This document shows positions 54,460-62,491 of a stretch of 64,000 nt of DNA, in pieces; position 1 is the first letter of the stretch; each line of letters begins with the position of its first letter. Origin of the DNA: Parcubacteria group bacterium Gr01-1014_31 (lineage in GTDB: Bacteria; Patescibacteriota; Patescibacteriia; Buchananbacterales; GWA2-38-13); contig VMFR01000006.1 of the NCBI GenBank assembly GCA_007376135.1, positions 3,273 to 67,272 on the forward strand. Reading direction: 5' to 3'. The notes under the pieces are model-generated. The model saw only the letters and a program-made list of their open reading frames with translations, was not told the origin of the DNA and did no database searches. The position numbers and the translations under genes are program-made.

Positions 54460-55773
54460 CTAGGGATACTGCGCACACCCCAGCGGGTCGGCCGTGGGGT
54501 CGGGGCCGGGGGTGGTGGGGCCGGGTAAGGTAATGCTTCCCTCGCCCGTGAAAAGGAAACCGAGGGTATTCTTTGCGTCCGCGATATTCACGAGGCCGTC
54601 GTCGTTGCTGTCGGCAGCATCGTCGCACCGGATGGTCTTGCCGGTGCCCAAGAACAATACTTCCAGCGTATACACGGCATCGGAGATATCCACCTTGCCA
54701 GTGCCGTTGACGTCGCCGCGGCGGAACGATACGCATCCTTCATCGACCGTGCCATCGCAATTATTATCAATGGTGTCACAAAGTTCTACCGCCTCGACAT
54801 GCACCCCGCGATCAGTGTCATTACAATCGCACCGCTGCCACGAGGTAGTGCAGCTCTCGCTGCATGCGCTGTACCCATCGTCATCGGCATCCGTATCCAC
54901 GTCCGTACACACGCCGGCATTTAGGCCGGTGCATGTATACGTATCATCGGAGCACGCATCAAGATCGCTCGCACCCGCCACATCGCATCGCTGGTCCGGT
55001 TCATCAACCGCGCCATCGCAATCATTATCTTTCAGATCACACCACTCGAGATTATTCGGATGCATCCTCCAGTCCGCATCATTACAATCTGTTGCGTCGC
55101 CAAGACTGCATCCCCTGCTCCCGGGAGACCCGTAGCCATCGCGGTCAGCATCTTGACACGGAAGATGGGAGCAAGTCGGCCCGACGCCAAGCTCGGAAGC
55201 GCAGTTCAATCCCGCGAGCAGGTCGCCGGAGCCGGCCTCTAAACGGAAATGAATCTCATACTTCCGGGGATTGCCCTGGCCCAACGCGCTGTCGCCCTGC
55301 CGGTACGCATAATTACAGGGAAGATCGGCAGTCTGGCAAGAACGATCGTTATTCGGCGCGGCCGCGGAGCCACTGGGGTCCCGCGGGGCAACCGCCAGAA
55401 GGACGGGCTCCATGCACTCGGTATCAAACTCCCATCCGAGGCGGCCGAAGCAACCATAACCGTTCGGCGGATTGCCGATCTCCCCATCCCCCCAATGGGC
55501 AAAGGGGTAAGAATTCTTGTCGGCAAAATAGATTTCCATGACTGCCTGAATAGCGCGCACATCGCCGATACGCTGCGTATCGCGCTCTGCCGGACCCGCC
55601 GGAACAGCCGCGATACGGAATACATTTTGTCGCTGCGGGCCGACGATGCCGGCGACCGCCATCATGCCGCCAGCGAACGACAGGGCCACTGCGGTTACCG
55701 CAAGCACCGCGGCTGCGGCGACAGTCGTACCGGTTCGGGTGGCAGTCTGCGTGGCCAAAAATGGACGTGGCAT
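54460..55773 (-). CDS. dockerin-tail family protein d: signal-anchor + pilin-like head (GspG-like alpha-beta) + Cys-rich putative metal-binding repeats (DNDCDG..DE) + dockerin-like module + PGPDPTADPLGCAQYP tail
   Basis: ...AVTAVALSFAGGMMAVAG..., then ERDTQRIGDVRAIQAVMEIYFADKNSYP (compare pseudopilin ARD.QR.SD.R.IQ.ALE.Y..DNG.YP). Repeats CDLKDNDCDGAVDE and CDTIDNNCDGTVDE. The start is set at MPRPF (track ORF to 55848). Confidence 0.7.
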   Translation of the reverse strand: MPRPFLATQTATRTGTTVAAAAVLAVTAVALSFAGGMMAVAGIVGPQRQNVFRIAAVPAGPAERDTQRIGDVRAIQAVMEIYFADKNSYPFAHWGDGEIGNPPNGYGCFGRLGWEFDTECMEPVLLAVAPRDPSGSAAAPNNDRSCQTADLPCNYAYRQGDSALGQGNPRKYEIHFRLEAGSGDLLAGLNCASELGVGPTCSHLPCQDADRDGYGSPGSRGCSLGDATDCNDADWRMHPNNLEWCDLKDNDCDGAVDEPDQRCDVAGASDLDACSDDTYTCTGLNAGVCTDVDTDADDDGYSACSESCTTSWQRCDCNDTDRGVHVEAVELCDTIDNNCDGTVDEGCVSFRRGDVNGTGKVDISDAVYTLEVLFLGTGKTIRCDDAADSNDDGLVNIADAKNTLGFLFTGEGSITLPGPTTPGPDPTADPLGCAQYP

Positions 55774-55829
55774 AAATTCCGTTCTGTCAATGAAGGTTAA
55801 ATAATTATTGAATGACCTCATCGTGCACG

Positions 55830-58800
55830 CTAGGGATACTGCACGCACCCTAACGGGTCGGCCGTCGGGTCGGGGCCGGGGATTTGCGGGCCCGGAAACG
55901 GAATGCCGCCGGTACCGGTGAAGAGATAATTAAGCGTATTCATTGGATCGCTGATATTGACCAGGCCGTCGTCGTTCGCGTCGGCAGCGTCGTCGCACAG
56001 GAACTTGAGGTTAGGGTCGACGAACAGCGCCTTGAGGGTAAAAATGGCGTCGCTGATGTTCACTGCCCCGCTCGCGTCGGCGTCGCCGCGGCGGAACTGG
56101 GGCGCTGGCGGATCGGTTTCATCGTCATCCTCGGCGTTCTGACAGCCGGGGTCCTGCGAATCCGTCTTCCCATCACCGTCGTTATCCGCGGTATCGGAAC
56201 ACTGGGGAAGTACCGGCATGGTGACGACGACGGGACTCGACGTATCGGACGCACCGAACAAATTCACGAAGCGAACGCGGTATTGGTACGAACTGCCGGC
56301 GCGAACGGTTGTGTCCGTCACGGTACCGACCGCGGCTTTGACCGTATCCAACGCATTCCAGACCGCTCCGGTGAATGATCGTTCGACGACCGCCAGCGCA
56401 TCGGCCGGACCGGCGGACCAGCGGACGGTCACCTGCGTCGGGGCGGTTTCCGCCGTAACCCCGGATGGTATTTGCGGCAGCACGGGGAGGTCGGTGAACC
56501 TCGCGGCTTCGCCGATCAGGTACGGCCGCACCTGTTTGAAGATCAGCTGGCCGGACGGCAAATGCTTGAACTCAAAATCCAGGAGCACGCGTTCCGGCGC
56601 GTAAGGACCGCGATCGAGGGGAAATCTCTGTTCGACATAATACATAAACCACCCCATTTCCTTGACCTGCTCCGCGGTCAGCACCAACTGCCCTGCCGGG
56701 ACTTCGGTCGAGGCGCGCGCCCGGTAAACGATAACGTCGCCAAAACTGACGATCCGAAGCGCATCAATCTGGGCGTAATCGACCTCGGGCATGACTCCCG
56801 GATCGGGCGATACCACGCTGATATCGCCCGTCTGCGCGAAGATCTGGTACTTGTGATACCGATCTTGTGCTGTCGGGTACGCCGGATTGCCCGTGAAGGC
56901 AACCCCGTTGTCGCGCTCATCCGGAGTACCGGTATTCACCAAAATTGCCATTGCCACCTCATTCGGCAGCTGCCAGTACAACCGCTCCTCGAACGCGCGC
57001 GGTAAGAACGCCGACATCCACACATCCCGCAACGCGTGCGCGACCGTTTGCTCGTGGTCCTCGGAACTATCGCAGGTGGCCACCGTATCGCCGTCGTACT
57101 GATCGCTCAGACACACCGTGCGTGATTCATACAGCCCCGCACCGTTGAATTCAAGTCCGTCCTCCATATTGGAAGAGGAACGGAAGCGCACGCGGATGAG
57201 CTGGTTGGTCGCATCATCACGCCCATCTTTATTGGCATCGTTCCATAGCTGGCTGATGCGGTCCGCGATCACTTGCGCGGCGTTCTGCGGCAGCGCCGAC
57301 CCCGGCAAGGTGACGTTGGGGATGGTTCCGTGGTCCTTCCCGTAGTCCCAGAACGCATTCAGGCAGTCGTCGCGCTGCTTTGGACTGGCCAGAATGGCCG
57401 TATCGGCCAACAGCCGCCGGTAAAATTCTTCGTACGTGACCGCCCAACGACATTGGGCTGGAAAACTGGAAGTGCTGGTAATGCGACTACCGCGCAGGAA
57501 GTCGTAGAAATAGCTGAACGGGATGCCGAACGCCTCCAACTGGTACCTGGGTACCAGGATGCGGTAGAGCTTGGCCAACCCATTCACTTTGCCGCCGTAC
57601 CGGCTGAACGTGGAAGTTGGTTCTTCCGTCATCTCGCGGACACGGTCCAGCCCGCGGTAGGTGGCGTTGGTGGGCTGCGGGGGTTTCAGCCGCGGACGGT
57701 TCGCTTCCTGCCAGGAAACCACTTCTTCGGCGGTCGCAGGATTCACATTCACGACCGTACTCTCGACACTAATCTTCACCAGCTGGCCGTCATACGGAGC
57801 GTACACGGTAGCGGCGTTATCAACGTAGGCATTAGGTCGGTTACGACGCGCCATCCGCAGGCTCAAGTGGCTGGCGTTGGTAACTTGCCGCGTACCGGTG
57901 ATGACGGCCGTGACCGGCGTTTCCACATCAAACGGCGCCTCATCGAAGACGAGGATATCCTGCCAGCTGATGTTCCCCTCCTGCTGCAGCTGCTGAAACG
58001 TCTGCGGCGTCACCAGCCGCAAACGCCCATAGGCCGTGCCCAGCGTGTAGGGTTCGTACGGCGGGCCTTCCTTCGGCAGGATGACCGCAAACTCCTGCGG
58101 CTCCCAGGTTGTCGCCTCGGCGACTTCCGCATCGCTCAAAATGACGTACGCGAACGCCGCGCCTGGGATAGCAATGCCCTGCCGGATCGACTGGTAGAAT
58201 TCCACGACGTCCGGCAAGGTCGGAACGAACGGCGTGAACCCGCCGGGGCCAAGATTAACGAACAGCGAAAAACGATAGGTCGGATCGGGCCAGGTTCGCC
58301 ACAGCGACCCGGTACGATACACCCCATCGGGGCCGAACAGCTCCGGGGGAAGCTCGAATCCTTCAAAACCCGCGACCTGGTCGGGCGCCAGCAGCCGCAG
58401 CACGTCCAAGTGCCAGGTGGCGAAGGTCGCATTCGCAAACACCACCTGGTCCAGACACCGTTTTCCGGCCGCGCGGAACGGAGCGCAGTACGCGTCAATT
58501 TTACTCGGTCGCGGTACCACGACCATCAGCCGGCAGTACGGATCGGATTCGCTGCAACCCAGCAGCGTACGGAACTGGTCTTCAGAGGTTATTTCGTTCG
58601 TCCAAAGGGTCTCATAAAAGATTGGGAACGTAGCACCGGCCGCCTGCCAAGCGCGGGCCTGGCCGGTCAGCTCCTGATACTTGCCGTTCGGATAGTAGTG
58701 GACCGGCCCGAGCCCTACCCCCTGCTGCAGCGATGCCAGTACTGCGGTCACCTGCGCCTGCTGGGGAAGGATGATGCGGGAAGGTGTGGACGGGTCGAAC

Positions 58801-59357
58801 ATCACCGCGAACGCCGTGCCATAGCGGGTCGGGTCCTGCAAAATCCGGTGCAAATCAATAAAATCATACACCGCCGTGCGCGTTCCATCCCACCGGTCGA
58901 AAAATAACTCGCGAATCTGCGTGCTGTTCAGACCAGCAAATGCATCCGGATAATTCTGCTGAATAAAATCAGCTGCCACAAAATCTCGACGGTTGTAGAA
59001 GAGCGGGGTGCTCAAACACCGTTCATGGCCCGCACAAAAAATATCGATCTCGGGATGCCGCGGCACGACGACGCTCACATAGGCTCCCCGCCGGTCTTCG
59101 CGGTCGAAGTCGGCGACCAGCTGGTCGAACTGTTGGGACGTTGCGATCGACAGAGCGCAATCGGTTCGTCCGGCGCAAGGGTCAAAACCCACCGCGGAAA
59201 TCCGCACTCGCCCGCCGAACGCCTGGTAGCCGGCCGCCACCGCCATCATCCCCATCGCGAACGACATCGCCAGCGCCGACACGGTCACCATCAGCGACGC
59301 CGCGACCAGAACGCTGGACTGCAGCTTCACCCGCAGGAGGATATTCTGTTCTGGCAT
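55830..59357 (-). CDS. dockerin-tail family protein e: signal-anchor + PEP-utilizing-enzyme-like region (mobile-domain-like segment and PPDK/PpsA-type ATP-grasp nucleotide-binding domain) + Ig-like domains + dockerin-like module + tail
   Basis: N-terminus MPEQNILLRVKLQSSVLVAASLMVTVSALAMSFAMGMMAVAAG. IRVRFRSSSNMEDGLEFNGAGLYES aligns with PPDK/PpsA [22 protein letters not shown] / VRSSATAEDLP. GVAFTGNPAYPTAQDRYHKYQIFAQTGDISVVSP aligns with [35 protein letters not shown]. ...GTRQVTNASHLSLRMARRN... resembles the TSHAAI phosphohistidine segment. C-terminus RGDADASGAVNISDAIFTLKALFVDPNLKFLCDDAADANDDGLVNISDPMNTLNYLFTG...PGPQIPGPDPTADPLGCVQYP. Confidence 0.75.
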   Translation of the reverse strand: MPEQNILLRVKLQSSVLVAASLMVTVSALAMSFAMGMMAVAAGYQAFGGRVRISAVGFDPCAGRTDCALSIATSQQFDQLVADFDREDRRGAYVSVVVPRHPEIDIFCAGHERCLSTPLFYNRRDFVAADFIQQNYPDAFAGLNSTQIRELFFDRWDGTRTAVYDFIDLHRILQDPTRYGTAFAVMFDPSTPSRIILPQQAQVTAVLASLQQGVGLGPVHYYPNGKYQELTGQARAWQAAGATFPIFYETLWTNEITSEDQFRTLLGCSESDPYCRLMVVVPRPSKIDAYCAPFRAAGKRCLDQVVFANATFATWHLDVLRLLAPDQVAGFEGFELPPELFGPDGVYRTGSLWRTWPDPTYRFSLFVNLGPGGFTPFVPTLPDVVEFYQSIRQGIAIPGAAFAYVILSDAEVAEATTWEPQEFAVILPKEGPPYEPYTLGTAYGRLRLVTPQTFQQLQQEGNISWQDILVFDEAPFDVETPVTAVITGTRQVTNASHLSLRMARRNRPNAYVDNAATVYAPYDGQLVKISVESTVVNVNPATAEEVVSWQEANRPRLKPPQPTNATYRGLDRVREMTEEPTSTFSRYGGKVNGLAKLYRILVPRYQLEAFGIPFSYFYDFLRGSRITSTSSFPAQCRWAVTYEEFYRRLLADTAILASPKQRDDCLNAFWDYGKDHGTIPNVTLPGSALPQNAAQVIADRISQLWNDANKDGRDDATNQLIRVRFRSSSNMEDGLEFNGAGLYESRTVCLSDQYDGDTVATCDSSEDHEQTVAHALRDVWMSAFLPRAFEERLYWQLPNEVAMAILVNTGTPDERDNGVAFTGNPAYPTAQDRYHKYQIFAQTGDISVVSPDPGVMPEVDYAQIDALRIVSFGDVIVYRARASTEVPAGQLVLTAEQVKEMGWFMYYVEQRFPLDRGPYAPERVLLDFEFKHLPSGQLIFKQVRPYLIGEAARFTDLPVLPQIPSGVTAETAPTQVTVRWSAGPADALAVVERSFTGAVWNALDTVKAAVGTVTDTTVRAGSSYQYRVRFVNLFGASDTSSPVVVTMPVLPQCSDTADNDGDGKTDSQDPGCQNAEDDDETDPPAPQFRRGDADASGAVNISDAIFTLKALFVDPNLKFLCDDAADANDDGLVNISDPMNTLNYLFTGTGGIPFPGPQIPGPDPTADPLGCVQYP

Positions 59358-59396
59358 ATTTTGATTAATTCCCTTCTCGCTTTATGCCGGTCCGTA

Positions 59397-61382
59397 CTAG
59401 GGGTACTGCACACACCCCAATGGGTCGGCCGTCGGGTCGGGGCCGGGGATGGCGGGGCCGGGTGACGGTATCTCGGGTCCGCCCGTAAACATATATTTCA
59501 ATGCAGCAATCGCATCCTGGGTTTGGATCTGGCCGTTGTCATCCGCGTCAGCGGCGTCCTGGCAGCCGGGTTGCACCCCACCCGGGAGCAGGCTGTTGAG
59601 GATAAAGATGGGGTCCGAAATATCAACCATCCCGTCACCGTTCGCGTCGCCGCGGCGGAACAGAAATTCTCCCTTGGGTGGCGCCGGGAAAGCAGAGGGA
59701 TCATTGTACTCGTACCAAGCAGTGCGATGGAGATCGTGCCGAGCCATCGTCCATGGGGCGGCATACGCCGTAACATCACTCCCGGGAAATAAAAAGGAAA
59801 CCATTTTTTGATTGACGCAAGAGCCACCCAGGCAAGCATCTGCACGAAAAACCGCCTCAAGACGACCATCACCATTCAGATCCGCCACAGCCCCACCGGT
59901 ATGTTCGAACGCATACCCTTCAATATTCTGATACGCCCCGACCTGACTTCCGTCGGCTTTAAAAATCTTAATTCCATCGTTCTTGGTTGTCACAAAAATT
60001 TCTGGCACCGAGTCCGCATCAATATCAGCAAGCGTTGATTGCCCATACCATGCCTGATCGACGTGCAAATCGTTAAGTAAAATTCCGTGAACATCAAATA
60101 TCTCAACACGGGGGGGCTCCGAGTCTTCGTGATCTTCGTAAAATGAAGTGATAATTTCTGGCGTATCATTCACCGAGGTAACAACGTCTCCGACCGCCTG
60201 TAGAAGCAATCCAACACCATATCTTCGTCCCCAGCCCTCCTTTTGCCAGATTATGTCGCCATCGTTTTCCAAAAGGACAAGCCAACTTTTGGTTTCTGAC
60301 CCTGGCGTTGCCACGATTTCCATACTGGCATCGCGGAAAAAATCAGCCGCGGCGAGTTGGGGCATATAACCCGAAGTTTTTTGCTCAACATCGTTCACAA
60401 ACCGACGCCAAATTCGCTGGCCATCATGATCGAGCCGAAACACAGCGGTTCCGCAATACGGCCTTCCGTCGATCGGCCGTCGACGGACATTATCGCCAAC
60501 AATGATTATTGGACCAGGGTCGGGCCCGGCAGTAAAAGGAAACCCTTCAATTTGATCGTCGACATCGGTATCATCCGTCGTAATACAGTCACAGCTCACA
60601 AACACAATGTCATTCCACCCATCGCTATCCACGTCAGGGGTAATGGCGGGAGACGTACAGCTGGAAGAATAGTCTGTTTCGCCGACCGGGTATTCCCAAA
60701 GGACCCTGCCTGCCCCGCTCACGGCAAACACAACGTCCCGGTAACTCGGGTCAGAAGAAAGATCTCTTCCAACCAAGATGAAATCCTGCAGCTCGTCGCG
60801 ATCAAGATCCGCGATTGAAGGCTCCCAATGCATAAGATACTTGTCCTGTGGATCAACCGGCACGCGCAGGAGCATCTCGCCGTGCGCGGTCGTGAGCACC
60901 AAGGCATTCATGCCATCACTCGACGACATATACTCGATCTGAACCAGCTCATTCACTCCATCATTATTCCAATCAATAATAGAAATCGGGTTAAAATTAC
61001 TAAGCCGCCGATATTGAAAATCCTGATTTATACTTTTGCCTTGGTGAGAAAGAAATAACGGTGGCCCCTCATTGAATTCTTCAACAATATAGGTGTCACC
61101 GGCGAGAATCTCCATACCTACATCTGGCGTGATTTCACCCAGAGATGCCAAATAATAACTACTTCTCGATAAATAATCGTATTCCCACAATTTTTCCATG
61201 ACCGGCGAACCTGCGGCCATGTGAACCACAAGATGCCGTTCTTGCAATACCATCCCACCTGCCACCGCCATCATCCCCAGCGCAAAGGACAGCGCGACGG
61301 CCGAAATGCTGACCATCAGCGATGCCGCGACCAGAACGCTGGACTGCAGCTTCACCCGCAAAAGGATATTCTGCTCTGCCAT
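59397..61382 (-). CDS. dockerin-tail family protein f: signal-anchor + FG-GAP/VCBS-type beta-propeller + dockerin-like module + tail
   Basis: The N-terminus MAEQNILLRVKLQSSVLVAASLMVSISAVALSFALGMMAVAGG is near-identical to protein e, including about 70 bp at DNA level. FG-GAP-like DxDxDGxxD loops (DVDSDGWNDIVF, DLNGDGRLEAVF). C-terminus RGDANGDGMVDISDPIFILNSLLPGG...GCQDAADADDNGQIQTQDAIAALKYMFTG...PGPAIPGPDPTADPLGCVQYP. Confidence 0.75.
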   Translation of the reverse strand: MAEQNILLRVKLQSSVLVAASLMVSISAVALSFALGMMAVAGGMVLQERHLVVHMAAGSPVMEKLWEYDYLSRSSYYLASLGEITPDVGMEILAGDTYIVEEFNEGPPLFLSHQGKSINQDFQYRRLSNFNPISIIDWNNDGVNELVQIEYMSSSDGMNALVLTTAHGEMLLRVPVDPQDKYLMHWEPSIADLDRDELQDFILVGRDLSSDPSYRDVVFAVSGAGRVLWEYPVGETDYSSSCTSPAITPDVDSDGWNDIVFVSCDCITTDDTDVDDQIEGFPFTAGPDPGPIIIVGDNVRRRPIDGRPYCGTAVFRLDHDGQRIWRRFVNDVEQKTSGYMPQLAAADFFRDASMEIVATPGSETKSWLVLLENDGDIIWQKEGWGRRYGVGLLLQAVGDVVTSVNDTPEIITSFYEDHEDSEPPRVEIFDVHGILLNDLHVDQAWYGQSTLADIDADSVPEIFVTTKNDGIKIFKADGSQVGAYQNIEGYAFEHTGGAVADLNGDGRLEAVFRADACLGGSCVNQKMVSFLFPGSDVTAYAAPWTMARHDLHRTAWYEYNDPSAFPAPPKGEFLFRRGDANGDGMVDISDPIFILNSLLPGGVQPGCQDAADADDNGQIQTQDAIAALKYMFTGGPEIPSPGPAIPGPDPTADPLGCVQYP

Positions 61383-61392
61383 AGATGCCTAT

Positions 61393-61418
61393 CGAAAAAT
61401 CTCCGCCGGCAGCGGAGG
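61393..61418 (-). terminator. intrinsic terminator after the Clp-like gene (minus strand)
   Basis: The minus strand reads CCCTCCGCTGCCGGCGGAGatttttcg. Confidence 0.5.
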
Positions 61419-61419
61419 G

Positions 61420-62379
61420 TTAAATTTCTTCCCGCTTCATTTCGGCCAGCACTTCCTGCACGTCCCTGGCATTCACCGTAGGGACGATACCCTCCTTGCC
61501 AGCCGCCACCTTGCGCAAACCGACGCGCGATGCGGCCTCATCAATGAGGTCAATGGCCTTGTCCGGGAACGATTTCTCGGGAATACGCCGCGCCGCCAGA
61601 TCCACGGCGGTTTTTAGCGCCGCATCGGTCAGGGTCACGCCGTGGTGGCGCTCGTAGCGCGCCTTGATGCCCCGCAGGATCTCCAGCGTCTGCACCAGCG
61701 ACGGTTCATCCACCATGATGGGGTGCAGCCGGCGGTCCAGCGTGGCGTCCTTCTTGATGAATTTCAAATATTCGTCGCGCGTGGTAGCGCCGACCACCTG
61801 CAGGTCGCCCCGCGCCAGAGCGGGCTTGAGGATATCATCGGCCCCGATGGCGCCGGTTGCCTCTCCCGCTTCCGCCAGGGTGTGGATCTCGTCAATGAAC
61901 AGGATGATCTCCCGCTGCGACGCAATGATCTCGTCGGCGATGCGTTTCAGTCGCTGCTCGAATTCGCCGCGGTACTTGGTGCCGGCGACGATGTTGGCGA
62001 GATCCAGCGACAGCACGCGTTTGCCGTAGAGCAGCTGCGGCACCCGCTTGGCAACGATCGCTTCGGCCAAACCCTCGGCGATGGCGGTCTTCCCAACCCC
62101 CGATTTCCCGACCAGCACCGGATTGTTCTTGCTGCGACGCGACAGCACCTGGATGACCCGCTCAATTTCGTGCTCGCGCCCGATGACCGGATCAAGCCGG
62201 CCCTGCGCGGCCAGAGCCGTCAAGTCGCGCGAATACTGCGCCAGCGTCGGAGTTTTGGACATTTTCGTTTTGCCGCGCACCCAGGTAAAGACGACGAGCA
62301 GGACCACCAGCACGACGCCCAAAAAAATGAGCTCGGGCTTGAGGAGCAAAAATTTGAAAAAATTTACGAGGGACGGCAT
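61420..62379 (-). CDS. membrane-anchored single-domain Clp/Hsp100-type AAA+ ATPase (ClpA/ClpB D1-like only)
   Basis: The start is set at MPSLVNFFKF... (TM helix GVVLVVLLVVF). Then LAQYSRDLTALAAQGRLDPVIGREHEIERVIQVL, Walker A GKSGVGKTAIAEGLA, Walker B LFIDEIHTL, and GATTRDEY. It ends after D1 with no second AAA domain. The first 159 codons of the track ORF (to 62856) are Arg/Ser/Cys-rich, likely artefact. Confidence 0.65.
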   Translation of the reverse strand: MPSLVNFFKFLLLKPELIFLGVVLVVLLVVFTWVRGKTKMSKTPTLAQYSRDLTALAAQGRLDPVIGREHEIERVIQVLSRRSKNNPVLVGKSGVGKTAIAEGLAEAIVAKRVPQLLYGKRVLSLDLANIVAGTKYRGEFEQRLKRIADEIIASQREIILFIDEIHTLAEAGEATGAIGADDILKPALARGDLQVVGATTRDEYLKFIKKDATLDRRLHPIMVDEPSLVQTLEILRGIKARYERHHGVTLTDAALKTAVDLAARRIPEKSFPDKAIDLIDEAASRVGLRKVAAGKEGIVPTVNARDVQEVLAEMKREEI

Positions 62380-62491
62380 GGCGCGGTTGACGACAGTACC
62401 GTGCGTGCCTACAATGAGGGCGCGCGCCGGTCGCGGAGGACCGGGGAGATATCCCCACGCCGTAATTTCCCCTCCGCATTCCACGTCTATT

